A DNA stretch of 64,000 nucleotides from Octopus sinensis (Eukaryota). Shown in pieces: positions 40,821 to 52,796 of this stretch. The stretch's first letter is position 1. Each line of letters starts with the position of its first letter. Below the pieces are notes generated by a model, which was not told the origin of the DNA, did no database searches, and was given only the letters and a program-made list of their open reading frames with translations. The translations under genes were made by a program, and so were the position numbers. Location: contig NC_043007.1 of NCBI RefSeq assembly GCF_006345805.1, positions 66,650,001-66,714,000 of the forward strand. Direction: 5' to 3'.

Positions 40821-40876
<56 letters not shown>

Positions 40877-41251
40877 GTGTATATGAATGTATGTATATAT
40901 ATGTATATACATATGTACATACGTATATGTATGTATGTATATATCTATCTATCTAGCTAGGTATATATATATATATATGGATGTGCATATATACATGTGT
41001 GTTTCTCTAGGTGTGTAATTAACACAGTTAACGATACTAGTTCGGGGTCTCGTTTTCCTAAGCTTGATTTTCTCACGGCCACTCTTTGTGTTTTATCCAA
41101 CCGAGATTTAGTTTTTAAGTGAATACAGGTGAGAAACAAGGTGTATAATTTATTGATTGATTGATTTGCTGACTATTCTTGCTATTTAGAAAATATCGAT
41201 ATACTTTCTTCCTTTTTTTTTTTTAATAAACCCATAAAAAATATTTAATGT

Positions 41252-41660
41252 AAGGCGGCGAGCTGGCAGAAACGTTAGCACTCCGGGCGAAATGCGAATT
41301 TCGTCTGCCGTTACGTTCTGAGTTCAAATTCCGCCGAGGTCGACTTTGCCTTTCATCATTTTGGGGTCGATAAATTAAGTACCAGTTACGCACTGGGGTC
41401 GATGTAATCGACTTAATCCGTTTGTCTGTCCTTGTTTGTCCCCTCTGTTTGTCCCCTTGTGGGTAGTAAAGAAATAAGAATTATTAGCACAGCGGATAGA
41501 ATACATAGCGGCATTACGTCCGTGTTTAAGTTCTGAGTTCAAATTCCACCGAGGTCGACTATGACCTTCATCCATTTCAGTGTCGATAAGATAAGTGTCA
41601 GCTGAGAAGTGAGGTCGATGCAACTGACTACCTCCCTCCCACAAAATTCCAGGCATTTTG
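41252..41660 (+). mobile_element. Composite SINE copies
   Basis: ggcggcgagctggcagaaacgttagc...gtagtaaagaaata, then a second degenerate unit. Confidence 0.85.
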
Positions 41661-41995
41661 CCTATATTAACTTAGTTAACGGTTTGCAGCCGTTTTCTCA
41701 ACATTGAATAGGTATTTTGTATATCTTTAACTGCCTCTGAAGAGATTCGACTGACAAATAATTCTTGATTTCTGGAACTGAAACAGCTGCAAGGGATGTT
41801 TGTCAGTTTGTTAACTAATATATAATAATTTATTAATTACCTCTCTATTTTCTCATCTTATTATATATATATAGTAATAATAACAATAATACTTGGATGG
41901 AATTTATAAACATATAATGCATCACTACGCGCGTTTCCACAAATCAAATATCTCTTAAGATCACATCCCGTATTCCTAGGATGACTTTAGTTTAC

Positions 41996-42044
<49 letters not shown>

Positions 42045-42051
42045 TGTGTGT

Positions 42052-42292
42052 GGAGGCGCGTGGCTTAGTGGTTAGAGTGTCAGCACCATGATCGTAAGAT
42101 TATGGTTTCGATTCCTGGACCGGGCGACGCGCTGTGTCCTTGAGCAAAACACTTCATTTCACGTTGCTCCAGTCCACTCAGCTGGCAAAAATGAGTAACG
42201 TTACGATGGACTGGCGTCCCGTCCAGCTGGGGAACACATACGTCATAGAAATCGGGCCCATGAGCCTGGCTAGGCTTTAAAAGGGCGCATTT
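42052..42292 (+). mobile_element. tRNA-derived SINE
   Basis: ggaggcgcgtggcttagtggttag...ggtttcgattcc (A/B boxes), then tgtgtccttgagcaaaacactt. Confidence 0.85.
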
Positions 42293-42319
42293 ATTTATTC
42301 ATTTATTTATTTACTTATA

Positions 42320-42948
42320 TATATATAATACTAAATGTCTGTGTTTGCTTGATTGATTGCTTGCGTGCTTGCTTGCTTGTGTGCTTGTTTGCTTGCGTGT
42401 TTATCTATAAATACAACCAAACCGGCGCATAATGGGAAAATACTCTGAAAGTAAGGGACCCCTGATTTGTGAATACAAACAGAAAAAAACATGTTTCGCG
42501 TAAATGGGACCACCGATTTCCGAGATACGTGTTTTTTTTTCTTTTTGGTGGGAGTTCCACAAATTTAAGCAGTGAGACCTGGAGTTATTTCCCTTTACTG
42601 GATAGTTTTCTCTGCATGCTTCCTTGTGTACGTGCTTGTCTGTAATTTAATACAACCAATCTGGCGCATAATGGGAAAATACTCTGAAAGTATGGTGGCC
42701 CTGAAATGGGAATACGAACGGAATAAGACAAGTTTCGCGTAAATCGGACCACGGGTTCCCGAGATAGGCGGTTTTTCGGCTACCATTATAAATAGCTAAT
42801 CCGGCGCATAATGGGAACATTGCGTTGAAAGTAAGTTACCATTGAAATGTGAATACAAACGGAATAAAACAAGTTCCGCGTGAATCGAACCACGGGTTCC
42901 CGATATACGCGGTTTTTTCAGGTACTTGACCCAAGGAGTAGTCTAGTA
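42320..42948 (+). mobile_element. Helitron-like non-autonomous element with three diverged internal repeats
   Basis: Starts tatataatactaaatgtctg and ends CTAGT; ggcgcataatggga units at ~42411, ~42651 and ~42797. Confidence 0.5.
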
Positions 42949-42974
42949 TATGTATGTATGTGTGTGTGTGTGTA

Positions 42975-43062
<88 letters not shown>

Positions 43063-43683
43063 ATCTTGTGTGGCTCTACGTTGGCAAGGCTTGAAAAATA
43101 TAGGAAAAGCGAAAGGGATACAGTGAACTTGCCGTGAGGAGCGGAATATCCAACGCTTCAGACTCAATCCTTTGTCAGGGGTTAGAGAAAAAGAGAAGTT
43201 GAAGAAACAAACAGCGTTTACATCCACTCAGCTTGAAAAAACTGGCTGCAACTGATAATGGACGCAAAATAACACGGGTTGCTAACGTGAAACAGAAATT
43301 ATAGGAGAGGGCGTGCAGAAAGGAGGAGGAAAAGGCTGATGGAAAGAGTAAAGGTAAGTAAATACGGGAATGTTGCAGAGAGAGGATGGAAGAAGGATTA
43401 AAAAGGGTAAAAAGGAATTAAGAGGAGGTGGAAGGATGAAAGAAAAAAACGTTCATTCATACTTGTCGGGGACATAGTACCAAAACCAAATATAAGACGT
43501 TGCTCATTTCGTTTCCTAGAGAAGGTCGGGGTCCATCATGTGAGGCCATGCCACAAACTGATAAATCTGCAATAGAATGATACACAGTGTTGAAGCGGGT
43601 AGCAACAGTATAGTCTGGCATACGTAGCATTATGTTTCTGATGTGTTCGCGATAGCGATCCCAAAGACATCACCTTGTTTCTC

Positions 43684-44535
43684 CAGTGTGTGGTAAAATA
43701 AACGGTCGTCTAAATTACATTTTAACAGATATAATTACCAAAATTGCATAAAAATATCTTGAAATACCAAACAGTAAATTTATTCAATTAAATCGCTATT
43801 GACTTCAACCACAACCTCCAGACGACTTCGGAATCTCCTACAACTCTCCTGGACGGTCTCCTAGTTTAAGTTGGTGAATGTTGCCATAATCTTTGTTTTC
43901 AGTTCATCTTTGGTGTTACAAATATTTCTGTTGGTCTCTCACTCAAATGCGCCCCACACATTAATTAAGTGGGGGTTGCAGTCTGGGAGGTTAGGTGGCC
44001 AGATGTTAGGAGTGATGTGGTCACAGAAGGGGTGATGTGGTCTGACAGCCATGACTGAGTTCTGCTTGTGTGGCATGGTGTAGAATCTTGTTGCCAGACA
44101 TAGGGTCTTCCAGCAGCCACTCTCTTGACCCAGGGCAGCACTATCTCCTCCAGGCACTTGATGTAGGCCTTCTTGTTGAATCTGAGGCCATGTGGGAAGA
44201 TGAATGGAGGCATAACGTCACCACCACTAGTGATCACACCAAACACCAAGATGTTGACTGGATATTTGATTTTTATCACTCTCGGTACATGTCCTCAGAC
44301 TGACACCCAAACATTCTGAAATGTATTGGAGTTTTCGGCGCGAATGCTAAGCATTCTGTCGCGAATGTACAGCATGTCGTTTCCAAATTTCTGATAGAGT
44401 GAATTGAGTCATGGTGCTATTTTCCTTACAAACAGTGCCCTGCTGTTTCTGCTATTCTGTGTAGTCGACAAAATCAAAAACAAACAATGCACATGTGCAA
44501 AAGTAAAAATATAAAACGGTGACATCGCGTCCTGC
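43684..44535 (-). mobile_element. Internally deleted Tc1/maT-like transposon
   Basis: ORF 43965-44279: VFGVITSGGDVMPPFIF...YVWQQDSTPCHTS; also WPPNLPDCNP. Degenerate TIR-like ends. Confidence 0.85.
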
Positions 44536-44599
44536 ATATGTGTGTGTGTGTGTGTGTGTGCGTGCGTGTGTGTGTGCGTGTGTGTGTGTGTATGTGTGT

Positions 44600-44810
44600 T
44601 TCTTAGTCTCCGCAATCGTTTGACAACTGATGCTGGTGTGTTTACGTCACCGTAAGCTAGCGGTTCGACAAAAGAGACCGATTCAATAATTACTAGGCGT
44701 ACAAAGAATACATCTTGGGGTCGATTTCTTCGACTAAAACCCTTTAAGGCAGTACTCCAGCATGGCCGCAGTCAAATGACTGGAACATGTAAAAGAGTAA
44801 AAGAGTTTAC
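44600..44810 (+). mobile_element. SINE-like repeat
   Basis: gtttgacaactgatgctggtgtgtttacgtc...gcatggccgcagtcaaatgact...gtaaaagag. Confidence 0.7.
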
Positions 44811-45248
44811 ATATACACATATTTATGTATGTATGTATGTATGTATGTATGTATGTATGTATGTATGAATGCATGTTTTTATTTACATACATACATACAT
44901 ACACACACATACATACATACATACATACATACATACATACATACTACATACATACATATCTATCTGACGATCTATTCACCAATACATGCGCACACAAACG
45001 CAAGTTGTTACTCGTTTGAATCAACGCAAGTATATTGGCGCCGGTTCTCATTTGAAGAACTTCGACATAAGGACGTGGACAGTGAGATCAGACTTCAGAA
45101 GGGTGAAATACAATGCCAACAAACTATGAAGTCCGTTGTTGTAATGGTGTACTTATTGCTGACGTCTAAATCTTTCATACGATAATTGGTCTGGTTGTGC
45201 GCATTGGTAAAATTACATTCATATGTACAATACAAACACGAATATGTA

Positions 45249-45615
45249 TACAGTAATCAGTCACCATATCGCGGTTCAACTATCGTGATTTATTATTCAA
45301 GCTTACGCCAATTCCTCCGTGGTATTTTGCATTTATAATAAAATAAATATATACAAATTATATAGATAATTTTTTAAAATACAGTACAGTACTGTTTCTG
45401 CCTCGCGGATTTTTACCTATCACGGGGGGCGGTTAAAACATAAAACCCGCGATAGTCGAGGGGTTATTGTAGTTCTTTTTATTTTAAATCATTTACTTGT
45501 TTTATTCATTGGACTGTGGCCAATGAATATATACACTACTGTTTCTGCTTCGCGGCAGATTTTCACCTACTGCAGGGAAGTTTGGAACATAACACCCGCG
45601 ATAGTTGAGGGATTG

Positions 45616-45620
<5 letters not shown>
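45249..45620. mobile_element. pogo/Tigger-like MITE with duplicated right end
   Basis: Left tacagtaatc...atatcgcgg; right ccgcgatagtcgagggttattgta (~45470) and ccgcgatagttgagggattgctgta (45620). Confidence 0.55.
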
Positions 45621-45666
<46 letters not shown>

Positions 45667-45964
45667 GTGGGAAATTCTTATTTAACAACAATTGTTTCGT
45701 AGCTTAGTAAAAATGTACATATGATTAATTTTATTATATTTTATAATAACCAATAAGTTATATGTCTGCATTAATATATATCTATAAGTAATATCTCTAG
45801 CCAGCTCCTCTAGCTGGTTAACGACCCAAAGCTCTATATCGTCCTTTTGAGGTTACAAAATCGCAGTAGAGTGTGTTCGAACAACCATATTGAAGTGGCT
45901 ACGAATATTACTTGCCAGGACAACTACTGCGTTGATCTCTTAGAGAGATTTCATAACTAGCACT

Positions 45965-46410
45965 TTTGAGGGGAAGAGAGTGAAGTATGAGAGAATTAGG
46001 AGGGGGCTTAGAAGGAGGGAACCTGTGGAAAGTGAGACAGTGTTGCATTTTATGTGTGTGGCTTGTGGGAGGAGGTGTTTGAGTCGTTCAGGCCTGGTGA
46101 GCCATCAAAAACCTCACAAGTATCGACCCATGATAAACAGTGATGTGGCTATTTCAATTCACAACAGAACATGTGTTAAATAGGGAAGGGTGTGCCTCTC
46201 AGCTGGAGGTCTGAAAAGACATGTTAAGAAAGTGCATACGGTGGCACCTGTTTCTCCTGCCAGCCTGCACAGTTATCCGGTATGTAATAAAGTGTGTAAA
46301 AGTTTGGCTGGGCTTAAAAGTCATATAAGGGCATCACGTGGCATCAATAATAAATCATTTCAGCAAGTCTTTTTGGTAATGGCTTTTCTCGTGTAAGGAG
46401 GGTGCAGCTA

Positions 46411-46412
<2 letters not shown>
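45965..46412 (+). mobile_element. RTE-like LINE 3' end with three degenerate C2H2 zinc fingers
   Basis: CVACGRRCLSRSGLVSHQKPH; CVK*GRVCLSAGGLKRHVKKVH; PVCNKVCKSLAGLKSHIRA; followed by (TA)n. Confidence 0.6.
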
Positions 46413-46459
<47 letters not shown>

Positions 46460-46689
46460 GATATGTAGAAAAATACAAACTGAGACAAGAACGCATAAAA
46501 ACTTAGAAGACGATACAACAAACACAGACAGGACATTCGAAGCCCTCAGTCTTCAGTCAAGAACCGGATCATCGTAGTAATTTCGGCTGATTAATATATC
46601 AGGTCATTAGGAATGAAATGTCCGATTTTGAACTGAAGTTTTATTTTACTTTATCTCAAGTAACAAAATTTACTTTATCTCAATTAACA

Positions 46690-46912
46690 AAAAGCAATGC
46701 AGTTAATCAAAGTAACGCACGATGGGTGGGTGACAGGAGGCTGTGTTGATGTACGTTAGCCTTTCACTTGGCTTGCGGTCGGGCATGTACATACTGGCGC
46801 CCAAGTCGAGCGTGACGTCTAAGAAGTCCTCGGTGATGAGATTGGTCTCGATTGTGATTTTCAATCTCATGGATGCGAGAGTGCTAATTAGATCGTTCAT
46901 AATTAGATCTTT
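46690..46912 (-). mobile_element. Penelope-like RT fragment, inverted relative to the adjacent endonuclease part
   Basis: LKITIETNLITEDFLDVTLDL...KPSERLTYINTASCHPPIV. Confidence 0.85.
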
Positions 46913-46925
46913 CTAGTTAGCACTC

Positions 46926-48115
46926 CCAGGTCACAAACGGAGGCAGAATGCTCATGCAGGGACCGCAAAAGTTTTCCAGCGAGGGGGCCACTGTGAAACC
47001 AAGGGAGTCTTGCATGAAGTTGAGGTACTGGCCGACCCTAACAGTAACAACTGCTTCAGCAGTTCCCCTAATGGCTACCACAGTAGTAGGGACGTCAGTG
47101 CAAATAGCAGCAGCAGCAGAAGCGCGGACAGAACCAACAGCATCATCGTCAGTGATAACAACAATAACATCAGCGGCAGCAATGGCAGTATCCCGAACGG
47201 CATCAGCAGCAGCTTCCTTAATGGCTGCAGTAGCAGGCTCGACAGTTCCAATAGCAGCAGCAGCAGTAGCAGCAGTGCAATCGCCAGCAATAACAACAAC
47301 AGCAACAGCAGTATCCCTAAAGGAAATAGCAGCAAAACCATCACCAGTGGTACCTATAACAGCAATGAGAGCTCTTCCATCAATGACAAGGGCTATAATA
47401 ACAACAACACCTTTACTAACACCGGAAGTGGCTGCACCAACACCAACGCCACGCCACCACCCTTGACGCCAACACCAATAGCTCCAGTTCCAGCAACAGC
47501 GGTGGCAGCAACGTCAACACCACCGCTAACACTCGACCACGAAGATACATCGGCAGTTCCGGGAACTCGTTCAAACAACACCTCCATCAGGACACCGGAA
47601 AGGAGATACGTCAAGTCATTCGCTAGCCATGTATGGCAGCTGATAGACGACGGAATTCCATACACAATATCATGGAAAATCCTATAAAATCCAGGCCCCT
47701 ACATAAACGGGACCAAGTGCTGTAAATTATGTACAGAGGAGCGGGCGTGGATCCTAAAGAACTTCCTCGACCCAGAGAACATATTTAACTCCAGAACAGA
47801 GGTCTTCGGACCGTACTTACATTTCAAGAAATTCCTTCTGGCCTATTGGGACCCTTAGGATGGAAGGGCCACCGGTGATCGATAGCTAAAAGGAGACAAT
47901 CCCCTTTGTTGACACTGAGTAGCGGGCTCTTTTCTCCTCCATATTCTAGAGAGGTTACTCGATAGAGAGGCCTTAAACCAACAGGTTTTTGGATCTGATG
48001 ATACACCATAAATCTAAGCCCTTTATACACGTGAAACCTAAGGTAATCCCCAAGACTGGCCTTATATAACTTTAATATATATTGCTCTATAACTTAGAGT
48101 GCGAGTCTGTTTTTG
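46926..48115 (+). mobile_element. Penelope-like element 3' part: Cys linker, GIY-YIG endonuclease with long low-complexity insert, and 3' UTR
   Basis: CSCRDRK..GHCETKGVLHEVEV...RRYIGSSGNSFKQ...SFASHVWQLIDDGIPYTISWKIL*NPGPYINGTKCCKLCTEE...NSRTE; frameshifted. Confidence 0.85.
47991..48049 (+). ncRNA. Putative type I hammerhead ribozyme in the PLE 3' UTR
   Basis: GGAT-CTGATGA-T-AC...GT-GAAA-CC taa GG-TA-ATCC; all core nucleotides present, GUA cleavage triplet. Confidence 0.7.
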
Positions 48116-48137
48116 GATTAATGTTTTTATATACGAT

Positions 48138-48185
<48 letters not shown>

Positions 48186-48186
48186 G

Positions 48187-48306
48187 TCGATTGCAAATGT
48201 ATAAGCTTTTGAAGTGTGTTATAATGTAGCAGTCTCGAGTCAAAGAGATGCTTCGTTTCATGTTGATATTAATGCCTTTTTCAGGTATTCGGGAAACATA
48301 TATATA

Positions 48307-48342
<36 letters not shown>

Positions 48343-48495
48343 TGTATGTATGTATGTATGTATGTATGTATGTATGCATAGGATGTTTCCCGAATACCTG
48401 AAAAAGGCATTAATATCAACATGAAACGAAGCATCTCTTTGACTCGTGACTGCTACATTATAACACACTTCAAAAGCTTATACATTTGCAATCGA
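48187..48495. repeat. 113-bp inverted repeat with (TA)/(TATG)n spacer
   Basis: 48187-48299 is the reverse complement of 48383-48495 with one mismatch (ctcgag vs ctcgtg). Confidence 0.95.
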
Positions 48496-49290
48496 AGAAC
48501 AGGAGATTGCGACGAGATACCAAATAAGCAAAAGAGCGTGTGAAGCCTTTGGGACCCGAAAATGCAACCAAAAATATAGATTATATCATATTTCTGTGGA
48601 AGACATCACACATGTGATTAGCAGCTGCCCCCATATGTTATCAAAGTACTACCTCCCTATGCGACACGACGTTGTCGCAAAAACAAAATACAATGCCATC
48701 CAGAAAAAAAGACTGTCTTGGAATAAATACAGAGAATTCTCCTGTTATTGAACATATACACAAACATCCACGCATGGAATAATGGTGGAACATACCCATT
48801 AAAATATTTGTCAAGTGTAAACATAACAGGCCGGATATTGTTGTTTGGGACAGAGAAGAAAATGTTTGTACTGTCGTAGAAGTCAGCTGTCGTGATGATG
48901 TGAATATCTCTTTGAAAATTAAAGAGAAAAGAAATAACTATGGTCAACAGCTTTGAAGCCACCAGTTTCTATATCCAGATTATAAATTCACATTTATACC
49001 AATAGTAATCGATGCACTTGGTTTTGTTAGTAAATGCCTAAGTGACAATCTGGAAGAGCTTGTATTTTCAAAAAAATGAATTCAACCACATTATAAATAT
49101 AATCTGTAAGCAGAGAGGTAAATTAATGCAAATCTTCTCTCAAGTTTAAAATGTGACATTGCGCTTGTTATCCACTTTCCAACGATGCAGGTTTATGCCT
49201 TTGTTAGAAACCAGCTCCTTCCTCAAGGGAAGAATTTAAATATTTAAAAATAGAAGTGAGCATTCATACCTCCATTCATTCATTCCTACA
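48383..49290 (+). mobile_element. 5'-truncated R4/Dong-like element
   Basis: AYTFAIEEQEIATRY...EDITHVISSCPHMLSKYYLPMRHDVVAK...KCKHNRPDIVVWD...VEVSC; same family as 1-400. Confidence 0.85.
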
Positions 49291-49319
49291 TACATACATA
49301 CATACATACATACATACAT

Positions 49320-49853
49320 GAGGCATGATGTGGTGGCGATAACTATCTGGAACAAGACAACAAAAAAGGCGAATTTGTCTATATTGGAACCAATGGGCCA
49401 AATGAATATTGGAGGAACTTATTAAAATATTAAAACAGCGACCAAGTTGAAATACAACCGACTAGATATTGTTGTGTGGTACTACATGGAAAAGATATGA
49501 ATTATGGAATTCAGCTGCCATTTGGACACCAATATGGTGAAAAAATACAAGAGAAAGAGGACCATTGATAAGGAGTTTGCAATCCAGTACCCGAGATACA
49601 CTTTCAGTTTCATACCTACTATTATTGGAGCAACAAGATACATACCACCCGTCTGGAGCAAAGTATGGATGAATGTTGGAGCTTGGGGAGGGAACACAAA
49701 TCCTTAATTCATACACTACAAATGATCACAATATCTGGGACTGTAAAAATCTGCAAGACCTTCTTCAGATTTAAAGGATGATGGTTTAAAACAAAATACT
49801 TCACAACCTTACTACCAAGTAGGTGACCGGTAAAAATTTATAATCGATTAAAA
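49320..49853 (+). mobile_element. Second R4-like 3' fragment, flanked by (TACA)n on both sides
   Basis: RHDVVAITIW...KYNRLDIVVW...MEFSCHLDTNM...YPRYTFSFIPTIIGA. Confidence 0.8.
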
Positions 49854-51529
49854 TACATACATACATACATACATACATACATACATACATACATACATAC
49901 ATACATACATACATACATACATACATACATAATACATACATACATACAAACATACAAACATACAAACATACATACATACATACATTCATACAAGTGTCTG
50001 AATGAGCGACAAAGCAATGTGAAGGCACAAAAATCAGAGACCCTTACAGAGACATATTACCATATGTAAACATACACACAATCACTTAAGCAAATACAAA
50101 TATATATCAGGAGAAAAACAATCAGTTTTAAATCTGAGTGAGAAATAAGTAGTAACAATACTACAGAGTAAAGTCTATTAGTCAATATAAAGCGGCAGCC
50201 CTGGTTAGGACGATGTTAGTACCTTTTTTTAGCCCCAGGAAAACGTGTGTGTGTGTATACATCCTCACACACATATATACATATATTACCTATGTTACCT
50301 ATAAGATATATATGTTCAAACGCCCAATTGTTTTACATTTCGTGTGTTTAGTTTTTAAACCCTTTGTTTAACAGAATCCCTGGAATATGTGCGCGTCGGT
50401 CGGCCCAAGCACGTGTGTGTGTGTACACACATTTGGTTTACACTATGTGTATGTGTGTGTATGCATGCGAATATGTATGAGTGTATGTGTGTGTGTGTGT
50501 GCGTATGTATGTGTGTGTGTGTGTGTGTGTGTGTGATAGAGAGAGAATATGCATGCATCTATGGATGTGAGTAAGCGAGTGTGCGGCGCGTTGTATTTGT
50601 GTCTATTCGCGCGCATCAAGGGAACAAAATTGTATGAACTGCACGGAGTCTTCGCCAGAGCAGGTGCCCGCTGCTGAAGCGTTCTTTCCAGTCGCACCTG
50701 TTGTTGTCATGGTGACGCGTTAGGAAACATTCGAGCTCGTCTACGCTGTCTGGCTGCCTTGTTTGGATCAAATTTGATGTCTTTGTACCTCATCGTTCAC
50801 AGACACGCGCACACACTCTCACATACACAGGCGCGCGCTAATACAGGTGAAAGGTGGTGGATAAAAGAAAGCGATATATGTCTATTTACATACTTATGCT
50901 CTAGCCCTCTCGCTCTCTCTTTCTCACTCTTTCTCTCTCCCACACACATACACACACAAATAGGTATATACATATATGTTGTAAGCACGTATGTGCGTGT
51001 GAATGTTTACTTGCATCTAACTATACTCATATATACATACGTACCTATATATGTGTGTGTGTGTATCTGTGTGTGTGTATCTCTGTGTGTGTGTATCTGT
51101 GTGTGTGTATTTCTGTCTGTGTGTATCTGTGTGTGCATGTATGTTTGTGCGTGTACATGCATACGTGCATACATATATGCAAGTCTATGTCTGTCCTCGC
51201 GCAGGCACATAATTGTTTCTATGAGTGTGTTTATGTTTGTAAGTATATGTATATGTATGCGTATGTGTAAAATATATACGCATAAATACACATACACACA
51301 CAAACGCGCGCGCACACACTCACACATGCACGCATATATATAATTGATGAGGGAAACGGAAAATGGATTTGGTACAAATCTTTATTCCTCGCGACGATCG
51401 TTTAGACCCATCCTGCAGCTGTTTCTTACGGGTAGGATATTGCGCATCTAGTTGTGCTGCATCAATCAGTGCAGTCTGTGTCTCCTCAGATGTTTGGTAT
51501 ACCAAAGGGTGAATGTGCGTTAATCAACA

Positions 51530-52300
51530 TACTAATAAACATATGCCAAAAGTCTAAATAATTACTTACACACACATATATATGTATAGGAATTTATGTC
51601 ACAACATATGGATTCAACTAATTCAGTGGTACTCATAAAAAAGCTCCTTAGTGTATCATTCTACAAAACATTAAAAATATAGTACGATACAAAAGAAACA
51701 TAATATTAACATAACATCTCAGTCTATAATATCTAATACAAACAATAATTATACCGATGGTTCTAATTCCAATAGCAATAATATTACTAATAATAATTTA
51801 ATTGTTTAATTGAGCATATTATACTTACTACTAATAATGCTAATTTACCTCTTTGCAACTGTCGCGATAAAGCAAAATGCCCTTTCGGTAGCCAATGTCT
51901 TAGGAAAAATATTGTACATAAATGTTCCATTACAGCCTTAGATAATGAACATGCCTACCTTGGTGCATCCTCCTCATCTTTCAAAATTAGACTGAATAAC
52001 CAAAGATCTACATTTACATATAAGGGATGGGATAATTATACATCCCTAGCTAAATTCGTACATTTACTTATAGTAAGATAGAATATAAAATTGACTGGCC
52101 AATTATAGGCTGCGCACAACCATATAGTGGTGGTAATAGCTGGTGTATTCTTTATGTACCTTAGGCATTCTACATTAATAAAACTAGTAGAAATAATGTA
52201 ATTATGATTAATAGACGTGATGAACTTATTGTAAGAAAATCTTTTCTATACTATAAACATAAATACATTATACTTATCATTATAACTATAATTACTGAAT
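51530..52300 (+). mobile_element. Penelope-like GIY-YIG endonuclease remnant
   Basis: From 51854: CNCRDKAKCPFGSQCLRKNIVHKCSITALDNEHAYLGASSSSFKIRLNNQRSTF...SLAKFVH...KIDWPII..AQPYSGGNSWCILC. Confidence 0.85.
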
Positions 52301-52796
52301 TATAGCCCTTGTTTAACACTCAGTATATATGTATAATAATTTAGTTAAGCACATAATTATATCTTAATGATAATATCTCATAACTACAGTTTGACCATAT
52401 TAGCTTGACACTTATACTATTTACTTTTTACATTGTACTATTATTCCATAATTTTGTATTTTGCAAGTTAATTCAATTTTAGCTGGTGATTATTTCTACA
52501 GTATTTAAAAGGTTTTTACATAAAAATAAATAAACTTATATTGATAGCAATTGGATATTTTTCTATTTATTCCTATATATTTACAGCTCGTGTAATAAAT
52601 TTTCATTACTATCTTTATTATTGGTAGCAGATTTAATCTGATAGATGTGTTTACATTATTGTATTTATACTTAATCTGATCATAACTATACTTTTGTTTC
52701 TATTGAATGCCTATTTGTATATGCATATTTGTGCAAATATCTGTGCGCATATATGAGTGTAAGCAATAGTTTAAAAGAAGCAGCAAGTAGGTGGCA

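Noticed and set aside
51350-51510. Short open frames on both strands next to the PLE remnant
   Set aside because: No recognisable motif; may simply be degraded upstream PLE sequence.
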